Made by a program: the position numbers and the translations under genes. Below, in pieces: positions 1-11,666 of a stretch of 64,000 nucleotides of DNA. The notes under the pieces are model-generated. The model was not told the origin of the DNA, made no database searches, and was given only the letters and a program-made list of their open reading frames with translations. The stretch is taken from NCBI RefSeq assembly GCF_024700885.2, contig NZ_CP117016.1. One strand, 5' to 3'. Source of the DNA: Escherichia coli (GTDB lineage: Bacteria > Pseudomonadota > Gammaproteobacteria > Enterobacterales > Enterobacteriaceae). Within the stretch, counting starts at the first letter, position 1, and each line of letters begins with the position of its first letter.

Positions 1-167
1 CTGAAAAGCTGTTTGGAGTTATCATTTATATCGTTTTGGGTTTTATTGCACTCGATTATCGTCGTATGCACAGTCAGCAGGCGCGCACTATTGCCTTCCC
101 GCTGGCGTTGGTGGTGCTGTACATCATCATTAAACTCGCCACCACAAAAGTACCGTTACTGGGGTAA
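1..167 (+). CDS. sirB2: C-terminal fragment of a small inner-membrane protein (SirB2/YchQ-like); 5' end lies outside the window
   Basis: Open frame runs from the window edge to TAA at 165-167; hydrophobic tail (...LALVVLYIIIKLATTKVPLLG); sits directly upstream of sirB1 and kdsA as in K-12. Confidence 0.5.
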   Translation, partial: EKLFGVIIYIVLGFIALDYRRMHSQQARTIAFPLALVVLYIIIKLATTKVPLLG

Positions 168-170
168 GTC

Positions 171-980
171 ATGAGATCGTTAGCTGATTTCGAATTTAAT
201 AAAGCGCCATTGTGCGAAGGCATGATCCTGGCTTGCGAAGCAATCCGCCGCGATTTTCCCTCGCAAGATGTTTACGACGAACTGGAGCGTCTCGTTAGTC
301 TGGCGAAGGAAGAAATCAGCCAGCTTCTGCCTTTAGAAGAGCAGCTGGAAAAACTGATCGCGCTGTTTTACGGCGACTGGGGATTTAAAGCCTCACGCGG
401 CGTTTATCGTCTTTCCGATGCATTATGGCTGGACCAGGTGTTAAAGAATCGACAGGGCAGTGCCGTATCATTAGGTGCCGTTTTATTATGGGTCGCGAAT
501 CGTCTCGATTTGCCGCTGCTGCCGGTGATTTTCCCTACGCAGCTGATATTGCGCATTGAATGTCCGGATGGCGAAATTTGGCTGATTAATCCTTTTAACG
601 GTGAATCGTTAAGCGAACATATGCTGGACGTATGGTTAAAGGGAAATATCAGCCCGTCGGCGGAACTGTTTTATGAAGACCTTGATGAAGCTGATAACAT
701 TGAGGTAATCCGCAAATTGCTGGATACACTCAAAGCTTCGTTGATGGAAGAAAATCAGATGGAGCTGGCGTTACGCACCAGCGAAGCTTTATTACAATTC
801 AACCCGGAAGATCCCTATGAAATTCGCGATCGCGGGTTGATTTATGCGCAACTGGATTGCGAACACGTTGCGTTGAACGATTTAAGTTATTTCGTTGAAC
901 AGTGTCCGGAAGACCCGATCAGCGAAATGATCCGTGCGCAAATAAATAACATCGCGCATAAACATATTGTGCTGCATTAA
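171..980 (+). CDS. sirB1: SirB1/YchA-like protein (269 aa)
   Basis: Track ORF of 269 aa; position between sirB2 and kdsA matches K-12 synteny. Confidence 0.7.
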   Translation: MRSLADFEFNKAPLCEGMILACEAIRRDFPSQDVYDELERLVSLAKEEISQLLPLEEQLEKLIALFYGDWGFKASRGVYRLSDALWLDQVLKNRQGSAVSLGAVLLWVANRLDLPLLPVIFPTQLILRIECPDGEIWLINPFNGESLSEHMLDVWLKGNISPSAELFYEDLDEADNIEVIRKLLDTLKASLMEENQMELALRTSEALLQFNPEDPYEIRDRGLIYAQLDCEHVALNDLSYFVEQCPEDPISEMIRAQINNIAHKHIVLH

Positions 981-1006
981 TTAATCGACATTTTACTCAA
1001 GATTAA

Positions 1007-1870
<864 letters not shown>

Positions 1871-1891
1871 TCTTTTTTGCTTGAAAACTAA

Positions 1892-1921
1892 AGCCTTAGC
1901 GTTCTGCGTTAAGGCTTTTTT
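1892..1921 (+). terminator. Rho-independent terminator downstream of kdsA
   Basis: Inverted repeat aagccttagcg...cgttaaggc followed by a T-run (ttttttc). Confidence 0.55.
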
Positions 1922-2017
1922 CATGGGGCCGGATACAAAAAAGGCCGCAGGCTGTTACTCCTGCGGCCGGTTTCGGGCGCATATTGCCATCACGGCAGCC
2001 TGACGCCCGTTTTCACC

Positions 2018-2125
2018 TTACTTCCGGTTACGCCACCAGCTGACAATCGCTGCGGTAATAATTCCCGCCAGGATCGGTGTTGCCAGGTCGTGCCAGAAAG
2101 TCATGGCAAACTGCGTGAGCGTCAT
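2018..2125 (-). CDS. ldr: Ldr-family type I toxin peptide (35 aa), copy 1
   Basis: Minus-strand ORF ATG(2125)..TAA(2018) translating to MTLTQFAMTFWHDLATPILAGIITAAIVSWWRNRK, matching the Ldr toxin family; below the 60-aa cut-off of the ORF track. Confidence 0.8.
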   Translation of the reverse strand: MTLTQFAMTFWHDLATPILAGIITAAIVSWWRNRK

Positions 2126-2181
2126 ATAGCCGCCTTGTTGTAATGACAACATTTTGCGGCTATTCTTGAATTGTTCTGGTT

Positions 2182-2242
2182 CAAGATTAGCCCCCGTTCT
2201 GTTGTCAGGTTATACCTCTCAACGTGCGGGGGTTTTCTCTTT
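2182..2242 (+). ncRNA. rdl: Putative Rdl antisense RNA (antitoxin), copy 1; ends approximate
   Basis: Plus-strand stem cccccg...cggggg followed by ttttctcttt, 57-117 nt upstream of the ldr start on the opposite strand, i.e. antisense to the ldr leader. 5' end not determinable from sequence. Confidence 0.4.
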
Positions 2243-2552
2243 CCAGCAACCAATGCCACCAGGGATAGAGCCCCCGCAACATTGCGCCTCACCGGATAAC
2301 GCCGGCTTGGTGTGGATACTACGACTCAATTAATCTTCACTTCATCCCTGAAATGTATGCAATGAAGAGTGCATTCCGGTTTTTCAACAGCTGTTACAGT
2401 CGTTTCATGAGTGCTCTGGATGATGCTTCCAGCTCGGGTTGCCAATATTTACTTGTGGAAGAGATAAAGACAAAAAAGGCCGCAGGCTGTTACCCCTGCG
2501 GCCGGTTTCGGGCGCATATTGCCATCACGGCAGCCTGACGCCCGTTTTCACC

Positions 2553-2660
2553 TTACTTCCGGTTACGCCACCAGCTGACAATCGCTGCGGTAATAATTCC
2601 CGCCAGGATCGGTGCTGCCAGGTCGTGCCAGAAAATCATGGCAAACTGCGCGAGCGTCAT
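2553..2660 (-). CDS. ldr: Ldr-family type I toxin peptide (35 aa), copy 2
   Basis: Minus-strand ORF ATG(2660)..TAA(2553) translating to MTLAQFAMIFWHDLAAPILAGIITAAIVSWWRNRK. Confidence 0.8.
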   Translation of the reverse strand: MTLAQFAMIFWHDLAAPILAGIITAAIVSWWRNRK

Positions 2661-2717
2661 ATAGCCGCCTTGTTGTAATGACAACATTTTGCGGCTATTC
2701 TTGAATTGTTGATGGTT

Positions 2718-2778
2718 CAAGATTAGCCCCCGTTCTGTTGTCAGGTTTTACCTCTCAACGTGCGGGGGTTTTCTCTTT
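2718..2778 (+). ncRNA. rdl: Putative Rdl antisense RNA (antitoxin), copy 2; ends approximate
   Basis: Same hairpin+T-run as copy 1, in the second repeat unit. Confidence 0.4.
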
Positions 2779-3065
2779 CCAGCAACCAATGCCACCAGGG
2801 ATAAAGCCCCCGCAACATTGCGCCTCACCGGATAACGCCGGCTTGGTGTGGATACTACGTCTCAATTCATCTTCACTTCATCCCTGAAATGTTTGCAATA
2901 AAGAGTACATTCCGGCTTTTCAACAGCTGTTGCAGTGGTTTCGTGCAGGTTCTGGTACAGGCTCGCAATTCTGATTAACAACCTGTTCAGGTAGTATGAA
3001 GAAATACAATAAGCAGGAATTTATATTATCTCCCCCGATTTCTGTCATCGGAGGAGATATAACTG

Positions 3066-4166
3066 TCAGGCAAATATCGTCATCAAATAGGCGGCAAACA
3101 GTGCGAGATGCGCTGCGCCATTGAGCACGTTAGTACGTCCGGTGGAGAAGGAGATATGGCACAGCACTAAAGAGGCCACCATCACCACCATTTCTGGCGC
3201 ACCAAGTGCAAACTGCAATTCGTTACCCGTCATAAAGGCAATTAGCGTGACGACAGGTACGGTAAGCGAAATGGTTGCTAACACTGAACCAAAGAACAGA
3301 TTCATCGCGCGCTGGACCTGGTTGTTCAACACTGCTTTTAACGCACCTAAACCTTCCGGCGACAGAATCAACAGAGCCACCAGGAAGCCAGTAAAGGCGA
3401 CAGGGGCATTCATGCTGTCGAGCAATGTCTCCAGTGGGCTGGCGTTCATTTTGGTCACCGCAATAACGGCAATCAGATGGACAATCAACCAGATAGCATG
3501 CCACAGGCTGCTATGGGCAGACGGTTTACCGTGGTGCGGGTCGTCATCATCACTGTCATCTTCGTGCTCGTAGACAAATAAACTTTGATGCGTTTTGGTC
3601 TGGATCAGCAAAAATACGCCATACATTGCCGCAGAAATTAATGCTACCAGTAACGCCTGACCGGTTGAAAAATTCGCCGCAGGCAGAGCCATTGGAAATA
3701 CCAGTACGATTATCGCCAGGGGGAACAGCGCAATTAAATACTGCTTGATACCAAACAGATTCATATATTGGGTGGCAAACTTACGACCGCCCAACAATAA
3801 TGAAAAGCCAACCAGCCCACCGGTAACAATCATAATGATTGAATAGAGCGTATCACGCATTAGCGTTGGTGCGGCGTCGCCGGTTGCCATTAAAGCTGAA
3901 ATCAAACTGACTTCAAGAATAACCACTGAAAGGCTAAGAATAAGCGAACCGTAAGGTTCTCCCAGGCGATGGGCTAATACGTCCGCATGACGGACAACAC
4001 TAAAGGCGCTACTTAAAATACCAATAAGAGCAAGAAGATTGATGGCAATGACCACTGGTAGTGTCTGGCTGCTTCCCCACAGGAACAGCACTACCAGCGC
4101 CAGAACCGGGAAAATAAGCGAAGTCTCCTTGTGGCGGGTTTTTACCGCCTCTTGAGCATTTGACAT
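3066..4166 (-). CDS. chaA: Ca2+/H+ (Na+/H+) antiporter ChaA
   Basis: Polytopic membrane ORF; start moved to the internal ATG at 4166 (MSNAQEAVKTRHK..., 366 aa) because the 29-codon upstream extension of the track ORF is low-complexity with no RBS. Confidence 0.85.
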   Translation of the reverse strand: MSNAQEAVKTRHKETSLIFPVLALVVLFLWGSSQTLPVVIAINLLALIGILSSAFSVVRHADVLAHRLGEPYGSLILSLSVVILEVSLISALMATGDAAPTLMRDTLYSIIMIVTGGLVGFSLLLGGRKFATQYMNLFGIKQYLIALFPLAIIVLVFPMALPAANFSTGQALLVALISAAMYGVFLLIQTKTHQSLFVYEHEDDSDDDDPHHGKPSAHSSLWHAIWLIVHLIAVIAVTKMNASPLETLLDSMNAPVAFTGFLVALLILSPEGLGALKAVLNNQVQRAMNLFFGSVLATISLTVPVVTLIAFMTGNELQFALGAPEMVVMVASLVLCHISFSTGRTNVLNGAAHLALFAAYLMTIFA

Positions 4167-4435
4167 TATGGTTATCCCTTTGCAGATGAATTTATCGAAA
4201 ATGTAAAAAATAGGTAGGAAAAATAACAGAAAGTGTCTGGATGTCGGTAACATTTTACGAATTTTTACCCCGCTGTCGATTTTTTACTCATCGGGCCATA
4301 AAAATAAGCAATGCGTTTAGACAATGTTTGTTTTAGCGTTTCTTAAGAAGAGTCTGACATGAAAATTCTTATGTTTTGGCAAGAGTGGATATTGTTGACC
4401 ACACTTAATGTTCAACTTTGTAAAAGGAGTCAACG

Positions 4436-4666
4436 ATGCCGTATAAAACGAAAAGCGATCTGCCGGAAAGCGTAAAGCACGTGCTACCGTCTCATGCTCA
4501 GGATATCTATAAAGAAGCGTTCAACAGCGCATGGGATCAATATAAAGATAAAGAAGATCGGCGTGATGACGCCAGTCGCGAAGAAACCGCGCATAAAGTG
4601 GCCTGGGCTGCTGTGAAGCATGAATATGCCAAAGGGGATGATGATAAATGGCATAAAAAATCGTAA
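4436..4666 (+). CDS. chaB: Cation transport regulator ChaB (76 aa)
   Basis: 76-aa ORF MPYKTKSDLPESVKHV... next to chaA; K-12 synteny. Confidence 0.8.
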   Translation: MPYKTKSDLPESVKHVLPSHAQDIYKEAFNSAWDQYKDKEDRRDDASREETAHKVAWAAVKHEYAKGDDDKWHKKS

Positions 4667-4823
4667 AACCGGTAGCTTAGTTAAAGCTATTCGTGCGGTG
4701 TTGCCTTGCAAGTGGTCCGTGGATTGCATATTGTCCCGTTAGTGGTTTCAAAATGAGCAGTAAAAATGTCCGGAAGACACCAAAAAGTTGTCGCAGGGAA
4801 GTATGCAGTGGCGGAGGTGTAAG

Positions 4824-5519
4824 GTGATAACGCGTGATTTCTTGATGAATGCCGATTGTAAAACGGCATTTGGTGCCATTGAAGAATCACTCTTATGGTC
4901 AGCAGAGCAACGGGCGGCTTCGCTGGCGGCGACGCTGGCTTGTCGACCTGATGAGGGACCGGTGTGGATCTTCGGTTATGGATCGTTGATGTGGAATCCG
5001 GCACTGGAGTTTACCGAGTCGTGCACCGGTACACTGGTTGGATGGCATCGTGCGTTTTGCCTGCGCCTGACCGCCGGGCGCGGGACTGCGCACCAGCCGG
5101 GACGGATGCTTGCACTGAAAGAGGGCGGACGCACCACAGGCGTCGCCTATCGACTGCCAGAAGAGGCGCTGGAGCAGGAACTAACCCTGTTGTGGAAGCG
5201 CGAGATGATTACCGGCTGTTATCTGCCAACCTGGTGTCAGCTTGATCTTGATGATGGACGCACAGTAAACGCCATTGTGTTTATTATGGACCCGCGACAT
5301 CCAGAATATGAATCTGACACTCGCGCTCAGGTCATAGCGCCGTTGATTGCGGCGGCGAGCGGTCCGCTGGGAACCAATGCACAATACTTGTTTTCACTGG
5401 AACAGGAGCTTATCAAACTGGGAATGCAGGACGATGGGCTGAATGATTTGCTGGTATCGGTAAAAAAACTGCTGGCGGAGAATTATCCGGATGGTGTGTT
5501 ACGGCCGGGATTCGCCTGA
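4824..5519 (+). CDS. chaC: ChaC, gamma-glutamylcyclotransferase-like protein
   Basis: ORF with YGSLMWNP motif; GTG start at 4824 preceded by GGAGGTG gives 231 aa; track ORF begins 36 nt earlier. Confidence 0.8.
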   Translation: MITRDFLMNADCKTAFGAIEESLLWSAEQRAASLAATLACRPDEGPVWIFGYGSLMWNPALEFTESCTGTLVGWHRAFCLRLTAGRGTAHQPGRMLALKEGGRTTGVAYRLPEEALEQELTLLWKREMITGCYLPTWCQLDLDDGRTVNAIVFIMDPRHPEYESDTRAQVIAPLIAAASGPLGTNAQYLFSLEQELIKLGMQDDGLNDLLVSVKKLLAENYPDGVLRPGFA

Positions 5520-5562
5520 GTAAACTTCCCTCATAGTGGGGCGTCAGACGCCCCCTCAAACA

Positions 5563-5916
5563 TTAAAATGTGAGCACTTTATCGGCTGACAGCGTCCATT
5601 GCGCCAGTTCCACAAGCGTACCGATTTCCACCCCATCAATCAGAGGAAGTGTGCTAATCCCGCGCCCGTCGGTACAGGTTTTGCACAATTTCACCGGTAC
5701 ATTCTGAGCGGTAAGGATCTCCAGCATTTGCTGAATGTTGTAGCCTTCCCCTGGTTTTTGCCCGCGCAACCCGGCTGTGACCGCATCAGACATCAGGAAC
5801 AGGCGCAGATCCAGATTGCTCTCCTGCTCTCGTAACGCAATGGCCAGCCGCAAGCTGTTAAACAAGGATTCGCTCCCGTAAGGTGCGCCATTGGCAACGA
5901 TCACGATTTTTTGCAT
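5563..5916 (-). CDS. ychN: DsrE/YchN-family protein (117 aa)
   Basis: 117-aa ORF MQKIVIVANGAPYGSESLFNSLRLA...; position matches K-12. Confidence 0.8.
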   Translation of the reverse strand: MQKIVIVANGAPYGSESLFNSLRLAIALREQESNLDLRLFLMSDAVTAGLRGQKPGEGYNIQQMLEILTAQNVPVKLCKTCTDGRGISTLPLIDGVEIGTLVELAQWTLSADKVLTF

Positions 5917-5933
5917 TATTTACTCCTGTATTC

Positions 5934-6037
<104 letters not shown>

Positions 6038-6065
6038 TTACCAGTAATCGTTATTCTTTAGGGCT

Positions 6066-7496
6066 ATGGTTTTTCATTTTTTACCGGAAGTTACCGACGT
6101 TTTGAGCCGTTTCGTTCCTCGCATTATTCCGTTTTATTTACTCTTGCTGGCGGCAGGCGGTACCGCTAACGCACAATCTACCTTCGAGCAAAAAGCGGCA
6201 AATCCCTTTGATAATAACAATGATGGTCTGCCGGATTTAGGCATGGCACCTGAAAATCATGATGGGGAAAAACACTTTGCTGAAATTGTGAAAGATTTCG
6301 GCGAAACCAGTATGAATGATAACGGGCTGGATACTGGCGAGCAGGCAAAAGCTTTCGCATTGGGAAAAGTCCGCGACGCGCTTAGTCAACAGGTTAATCA
6401 GCACGTAGAGTCCTGGCTATCACCGTGGGGAAATGCCAGTGTTGACGTCAAAGTGGATAACGAAGGACATTTCACCGGCAGTCGTGGAAGCTGGTTTGTG
6501 CCGTTACAAGATAATGATCGTTATCTCACCTGGAGCCAGCTTGGTCTTACTCAGCAGGATGATGGGTTGGTGAGCAATGTGGGCGTTGGGCAACGCTGGG
6601 CGCGCGGCAACTGGCTGGTGGGTTATAACACTTTTTATGACAATTTGCTGGACGAAAATCTTCAGCGAGCGGGCTTTGGTGCCGAAGCGTGGGGCGAATA
6701 TTTGCGACTATCGGCAAACTTTTATCAGCCATTTGCTGCATGGCATGAACAGACAGCCACGCAGGAACAACGGATGGCGCGCGGGTACGACCTGACAGCC
6801 CGGATGCGCATGCCGTTCTATCAACACCTCAATACCAGTGTCAGCGTTGAACAGTATTTTGGTGATCGTGTCGATTTGTTTAACTCTGGTACGGGTTATC
6901 ACAATCCCGTCGCGTTGAGTCTGGGATTAAATTACACCCCTGTGCCCTTAGTCACTGTGACGGCCCAGCATAAACAGGGTGAAAGTGGCGAGAATCAAAA
7001 TAACCTCGGGCTGAATCTTAACTACCGCTTTGGTGTACCGCTCAAAAAACAACTTTCTGCGGGCGAGGTTGCCGAAAGTCAGTCGTTACGTGGTAGTCGC
7101 TATGACAATCCGCAGCGAAATAATCTACCGACTCTTGAGTACCGACAGCGAAAAACGTTAACGGTGTTTCTGGCGACACCGCCGTGGGATCTAAAACCTG
7201 GCGAAACAGTGCCGCTGAAATTACAAATCCGCAGTCGTTACGGTATTCGGCAACTGATTTGGCAGGGCGATACGCAGATATTAAGTTTGACGCCGGGCGC
7301 ACAAGCCAACAGCGCGGAGGGCTGGACGCTGATCATGCCTGACTGGCAAAACGGGGAAGGGGCAAGCAATCACTGGCGATTGTCTGTAGTGGTGGAAGAT
7401 AACCAGGGGCAGCGTGTCTCCTCCAATGAGATCACGCTAACGCTTGTCGAACCGTTCGACGCATTGTCAAACGACGAACTGCGCTGGGAACCGTAA
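6066..7496 (+). CDS. ychO: Putative invasin/intimin-like outer-membrane protein YchO (start uncertain)
   Basis: 476-aa ORF with signal-peptide-like N-terminus and beta-rich body; lies between ychN and narL as in K-12. True start may be downstream. Confidence 0.6.
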   Translation: MVFHFLPEVTDVLSRFVPRIIPFYLLLLAAGGTANAQSTFEQKAANPFDNNNDGLPDLGMAPENHDGEKHFAEIVKDFGETSMNDNGLDTGEQAKAFALGKVRDALSQQVNQHVESWLSPWGNASVDVKVDNEGHFTGSRGSWFVPLQDNDRYLTWSQLGLTQQDDGLVSNVGVGQRWARGNWLVGYNTFYDNLLDENLQRAGFGAEAWGEYLRLSANFYQPFAAWHEQTATQEQRMARGYDLTARMRMPFYQHLNTSVSVEQYFGDRVDLFNSGTGYHNPVALSLGLNYTPVPLVTVTAQHKQGESGENQNNLGLNLNYRFGVPLKKQLSAGEVAESQSLRGSRYDNPQRNNLPTLEYRQRKTLTVFLATPPWDLKPGETVPLKLQIRSRYGIRQLIWQGDTQILSLTPGAQANSAEGWTLIMPDWQNGEGASNHWRLSVVVEDNQGQRVSSNEITLTLVEPFDALSNDELRWEP

Positions 7497-8147
7497 TCAG
7501 AAAATGCGCTCCTGATGCACCCATACCGCTGCTTCCACGCGAGACTTGAGCTTCATTTTCTTCAGCATGTGCTTGACGTGCACTTTTACTGTGCTTTCGG
7601 TGATGTCCAGGCGGCGGGCAATCATCTTGTTCGGCAAACCCTGGGCAATCAGCTTGAGAATATCGCGCTCGCGTGGGGTTAACTGGTTAACATCGCGTTC
7701 AGTCGTGGCACGGTTAGCGCGCAAGCTGGCGGCCAGAACCGGCGTTAATGCTTCGCTTAATACCATTTCGCCAGCAGCTGCCTGATGCAATGCTTTCAGC
7801 AGATCTTCCGGCTCCATATCTTTTAACAGATAGCCATCCGCGCCGCGTTTCAGTGCGGTGACCACATCTTCTTCATGGTTAGAGACGCTGAATACCACAA
7901 TGCGCCCGGAGAGGGACTTTTCGCGCAGTTTATCCAGCGTTTCCAGACCATTCATGCCGGGCATATTGAGATCTAACAGGATCAGATCGGGATCAAGAGA
8001 TTCCGCCAGTTCAATACCCTGTTCGCCATTACTCGCTTCGCCAACCACGGTGATATCTGGTGCCATACTGATAAGCTGTTTTACGCCAGTTCGCAGCATC
8101 GGGTGATCGTCGATCAGCAGGATAGTAGCCGGTTCCTGATTACTCAT
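7497..8147 (-). CDS. narL: Nitrate/nitrite response regulator NarL
   Basis: Start set at ATG 8147 ([25 protein letters not shown]..., 216 aa): receiver domain plus LuxR-type HTH; 8-bp overlap with narX as expected. Confidence 0.9.
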
Positions 8148-9936
8148 GGGTATCTCCTTGGACGTCTGTGAAAGTTTTTTCGGGAATAAAGGTGACAACC
8201 ACTTCGGTGCCACCTGATTCACGACGGCGGACGCGGCAATCGCCTCGTAAACTTTGCGCACGGTCGCGCATTATTATCATGCCGTAGTGATTGCTGCGGA
8301 TGGCATTTTCAGGCACGCCGCAGCCGTTATCCTGGACGGTCAGTTTGACCTGATTATCGTTTTGCGCCACCGTCACCACGACCTCACTCGCTTGCGAATG
8401 TTTGAGGGCGTTACTTAATGCCTCACGGGCAATTTGCAACAAGTGGATTGCCTGATGCGAAGGCACCAGACGAGGCGGCAATTGATAATCCAGCTTCACC
8501 GGGAAGCCAAATTTGGCGCTGTACTCTTCGCAACTCGCCTCCAGCGCTGGACGTAATCCAGGCTCGGTGAGCTGCAAGCGGAATGTGGTGAGCAATTCAC
8601 GCAACTGCGCCCAGGATGCATTCAGTTCGTTACGGATCTGACTTAACAGTTCGCGGCTGCTTTCTGGCAGCGCATCGCCCTGCATCTGTAAACAACTCAC
8701 CTGCATCTTCATGCAAGAGAGAGATTGGGCAATAGAATCATGCAGTTCGCGCGCAATGGTGGCACGCTCTTCCATCACGATCAACTGTTGCTGACGTTCC
8801 TGATGGCGATCCAACGCCAGCGTGGCGGTGAGTTGTTCAACCAGGGTATCCACCAGTTGTTGTTGATCATGGCTAAGATGACGCCCCTGCGGCAGGGTCG
8901 CCAGCAAAATACCGTACTGCGTATGAGAGTCAGCCAGCCGCCACTTCAGGGTTGTGCCGCGATCGCCAACGGGTAATACGCCGCGCGGGCAGAGCTGGCA
9001 GCCTTTATCATCACAAGTCATATCTGGCTGGCAGGTAAACTCCTGATGATTCTCTTCATCATCAGTGTCATACACCCGCAGTTCAATATCACGTAGCAGG
9101 GTCAAATTCTGTAAGCCGTTGAGTACAGGTGACAGGCGTTCACACAGCGGGGCGCGGGAATGCAATCGGCGGTTGGCCTGCCATAAAAAAGAGAGGATCT
9201 GATTTTTATGCTCCAGCCCGGCGGTTTTCTCCTGAACCCGCTGCTCAAGTACGGCATAACTTTCGGCCAGTTCTGCAGACATATTGTTCAATGCAGTTCC
9301 AAGCATCGCCATTTCGTTGCGCCCGCTGATGTTTGCGCGTTGGGTAAAATCGCGATGGCTGACGGCACTCGCCATTGCCAGCAGTTGCCGCCACGGTTGT
9401 AGCAGTCGCGCCCGCAACCAGATAATAGTGAACACCAGTAAAAGTGCCATAAATACCGCCATTACCCGATGGACCAGTACCACTGTCTCAATGCGCATTT
9501 CCGTGGTGCGGTCAAAACCAGATACCAGCTGATCAAGCCCGGCAACAAACTGGCTGACATCCGCTGACACCGTTTCGCGGTTTTGTGCACGCATCAGCGC
9601 AGGGATCAGTTCATTACGCCAGTAATCTTGTAAACCCTGTAATTGCGCCAGTTGTCCGTCTCGTTCCGCTGCTCGAGTCAACTCGGCGCTAAATGCCGTT
9701 TGTTCCATTTCTTTAATTAAGGGCTTGTCTTTCTCGCTTAATGGCACTGCCGCCAACAGACGATAACTTTGCATGCGCAGCGATCCCGCTTTGTTGATCG
9801 CATGGGCGCTACCCTGAACGCCTTGCACCAGCCAGCCAGAAACTGCCATCCCTGCCAGTCCAATAGCAGTAGAAAGCAACACAATAAGCGCAACCTGATT
9901 AACCAGGGTGAGCGGAGAGAGACAACGTTTAAGCAT
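8140..9936 (-). CDS. narX: Nitrate/nitrite sensor histidine kinase NarX
   Basis: 598-aa ORF with N-terminal TM segments, HAMP and histidine-kinase domains (ELHDSIAQ H-box). Confidence 0.9.
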
Positions 9937-10201
9937 GTAAACCTCTTCCTTCAGGCTTTAAATGAGCAATAACCTTAATGAATGTGACGATACATTCTGG
10001 AATGGCAGTATTCTCGGCTATTGGCTGAAGTATACCCATACCCGGAAAGAGTTACTCCTTATTTGCCGTGTGGTTAGTCGCTTTACATCGGTAAGGGTAG
10101 GGATTTTACAGCACCGTGAAAAATCTCATAATTTTTATGAAATCACTGTACTCACTATGGGTAATGATAAATATCAATGATAGATAAAGTTATCTTATCG
10201 T

Positions 10202-10215
10202 TTGATTTACATCAA
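10202..10215. promoter_or_regulatory. FNR-box-like palindrome upstream of narK
   Basis: TTGATTTACATCAA matches the FNR consensus TTGAT-N4-ATCAA; lies about 60 bp upstream of the narK ATG. Confidence 0.55.
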
Positions 10216-10274
10216 ATTGCCTTTAGCTACAGACACTAAGGTGGCAGACATCGAAACGAGTATCAGAGGTGTCT

Positions 10275-11666
10275 ATGAGTCACTCATCCGCCCCCGAAAG
10301 GGCTACTGGAGCTGTCATTACAGATTGGCGACCGGAAGATCCTGCGTTCTGGCAACAACGCGGTCAACGTATTGCCAGCCGCAACCTGTGGATTTCCGTT
10401 CCCTGTCTGCTGCTGGCGTTTTGCGTATGGATGTTGTTCAGCGCTGTTGCGGTGAACTTACCGAAAGTCGGTTTTAATTTTACGACCGATCAGCTATTTA
10501 TGTTGACTGCGCTGCCTTCGGTTTCTGGCGCGTTATTACGTGTTCCATACTCCTTTATGGTTCCTATCTTCGGTGGTCGTCGCTGGACGGCGTTCAGCAC
10601 CGGTATTCTGATTATTCCTTGCGTCTGGCTGGGTTTTGCCGTGCAGGATACCTCCACGCCTTATAGCGTCTTCATCATCATCTCTCTGCTGTGCGGCTTT
10701 GCTGGCGCGAACTTCGCTTCCAGTATGGCAAACATCAGTTTCTTCTTTCCGAAACAGAAGCAGGGTGGCGCGCTGGGTCTGAATGGTGGTCTGGGCAACA
10801 TGGGCGTCAGCGTCATGCAGTTGGTTGCTCCGCTGGTGGTATCACTGTCGATTTTCGCAGTATTTGGTAGCCAGGGTGTCAAACAGCCGGATGGGACTGA
10901 GCTGTATCTGGCGAATGCGTCCTGGGTATGGGTGCCGTTCCTTGCCATCTTCACCATTGCGGCGTGGTTTGGCATGAACGATCTTGCTACCTCGAAAGCC
11001 TCCATCAAGGAGCAGTTGCCGGTACTCAAACGGGGTCATCTGTGGATTATGAGCCTGCTGTATCTGGCAACCTTCGGCTCCTTCATCGGCTTCTCCGCAG
11101 GCTTTGCGATGCTGTCAAAAACGCAGTTCCCGGATGTTCAGATTCTGCAATACGCTTTCTTCGGGCCGTTTATTGGTGCGCTGGCGCGTTCTGCAGGTGG
11201 TGCATTATCTGACCGTCTGGGCGGAACTCGTGTCACACTGGTGAACTTTATCCTGATGGCGATTTTCAGCGGCCTGCTGTTCCTGACCTTACCGACTGAC
11301 GGGCAGGGCGGAAGCTTCATGGCGTTCTTCGCAGTATTCCTGGCGCTGTTCCTGACAGCTGGGCTGGGTAGTGGTTCCACTTTCCAGATGATTTCCGTGA
11401 TCTTCCGTAAACTGACAATGGATCGCGTGAAAGCAGAAGGGGGTTCTGACGAACGTGCGATGCGTGAAGCGGCAACCGACACGGCGGCGGCGCTGGGTTT
11501 CATCTCTGCGATTGGCGCGATTGGTGGCTTCTTTATCCCGAAAGCGTTCGGTAGCTCGCTGGCATTAACGGGTTCGCCAGTCGGCGCAATGAAAGTATTT
11601 TTGATTTTCTATATCGCCTGCGTAGTGATTACCTGGGCGGTATACGGTCGGCATTCTAAAAAATAA
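10275..11666 (+). CDS. narK: Nitrate/nitrite transporter NarK (MFS)
   Basis: ATG at 10275 (MSHSSAPERATGAVITDWRPEDPAFW..., 463 aa) preceded by AGAGG; multi-TM MFS protein. Confidence 0.9.
   Translation: MSHSSAPERATGAVITDWRPEDPAFWQQRGQRIASRNLWISVPCLLLAFCVWMLFSAVAVNLPKVGFNFTTDQLFMLTALPSVSGALLRVPYSFMVPIFGGRRWTAFSTGILIIPCVWLGFAVQDTSTPYSVFIIISLLCGFAGANFASSMANISFFFPKQKQGGALGLNGGLGNMGVSVMQLVAPLVVSLSIFAVFGSQGVKQPDGTELYLANASWVWVPFLAIFTIAAWFGMNDLATSKASIKEQLPVLKRGHLWIMSLLYLATFGSFIGFSAGFAMLSKTQFPDVQILQYAFFGPFIGALARSAGGALSDRLGGTRVTLVNFILMAIFSGLLFLTLPTDGQGGSFMAFFAVFLALFLTAGLGSGSTFQMISVIFRKLTMDRVKAEGGSDERAMREAATDTAAALGFISAIGAIGGFFIPKAFGSSLALTGSPVGAMKVFLIFYIACVVITWAVYGRHSKK

Larger units (their letters stand above)
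1938..2940. repeat. Two tandem copies of the ~534-bp long direct repeat (LDR) carrying ldr/rdl type I toxin-antitoxin units
   Basis: Segments starting at 1938 and 2472 are near-identical over ~470 bp (period ~534 bp); each contains a 35-codon Ldr ORF and a hairpin+T-run on the opposite strand. Confidence 0.85.

Noticed and set aside
3121-3573. 150-aa plus-strand ORF and 93-aa minus-strand ORF inside chaA
   Set aside because: Overlapping shadow frames within a well-supported membrane-transporter gene.
5520-5562. Hairpin ggggcgtcagacgccccc between chaC and ychN as a bidirectional terminator
   Set aside because: Strong stem but no U-run on either strand, so not confidently an intrinsic terminator; may be a REP-like or RNA-stability element.
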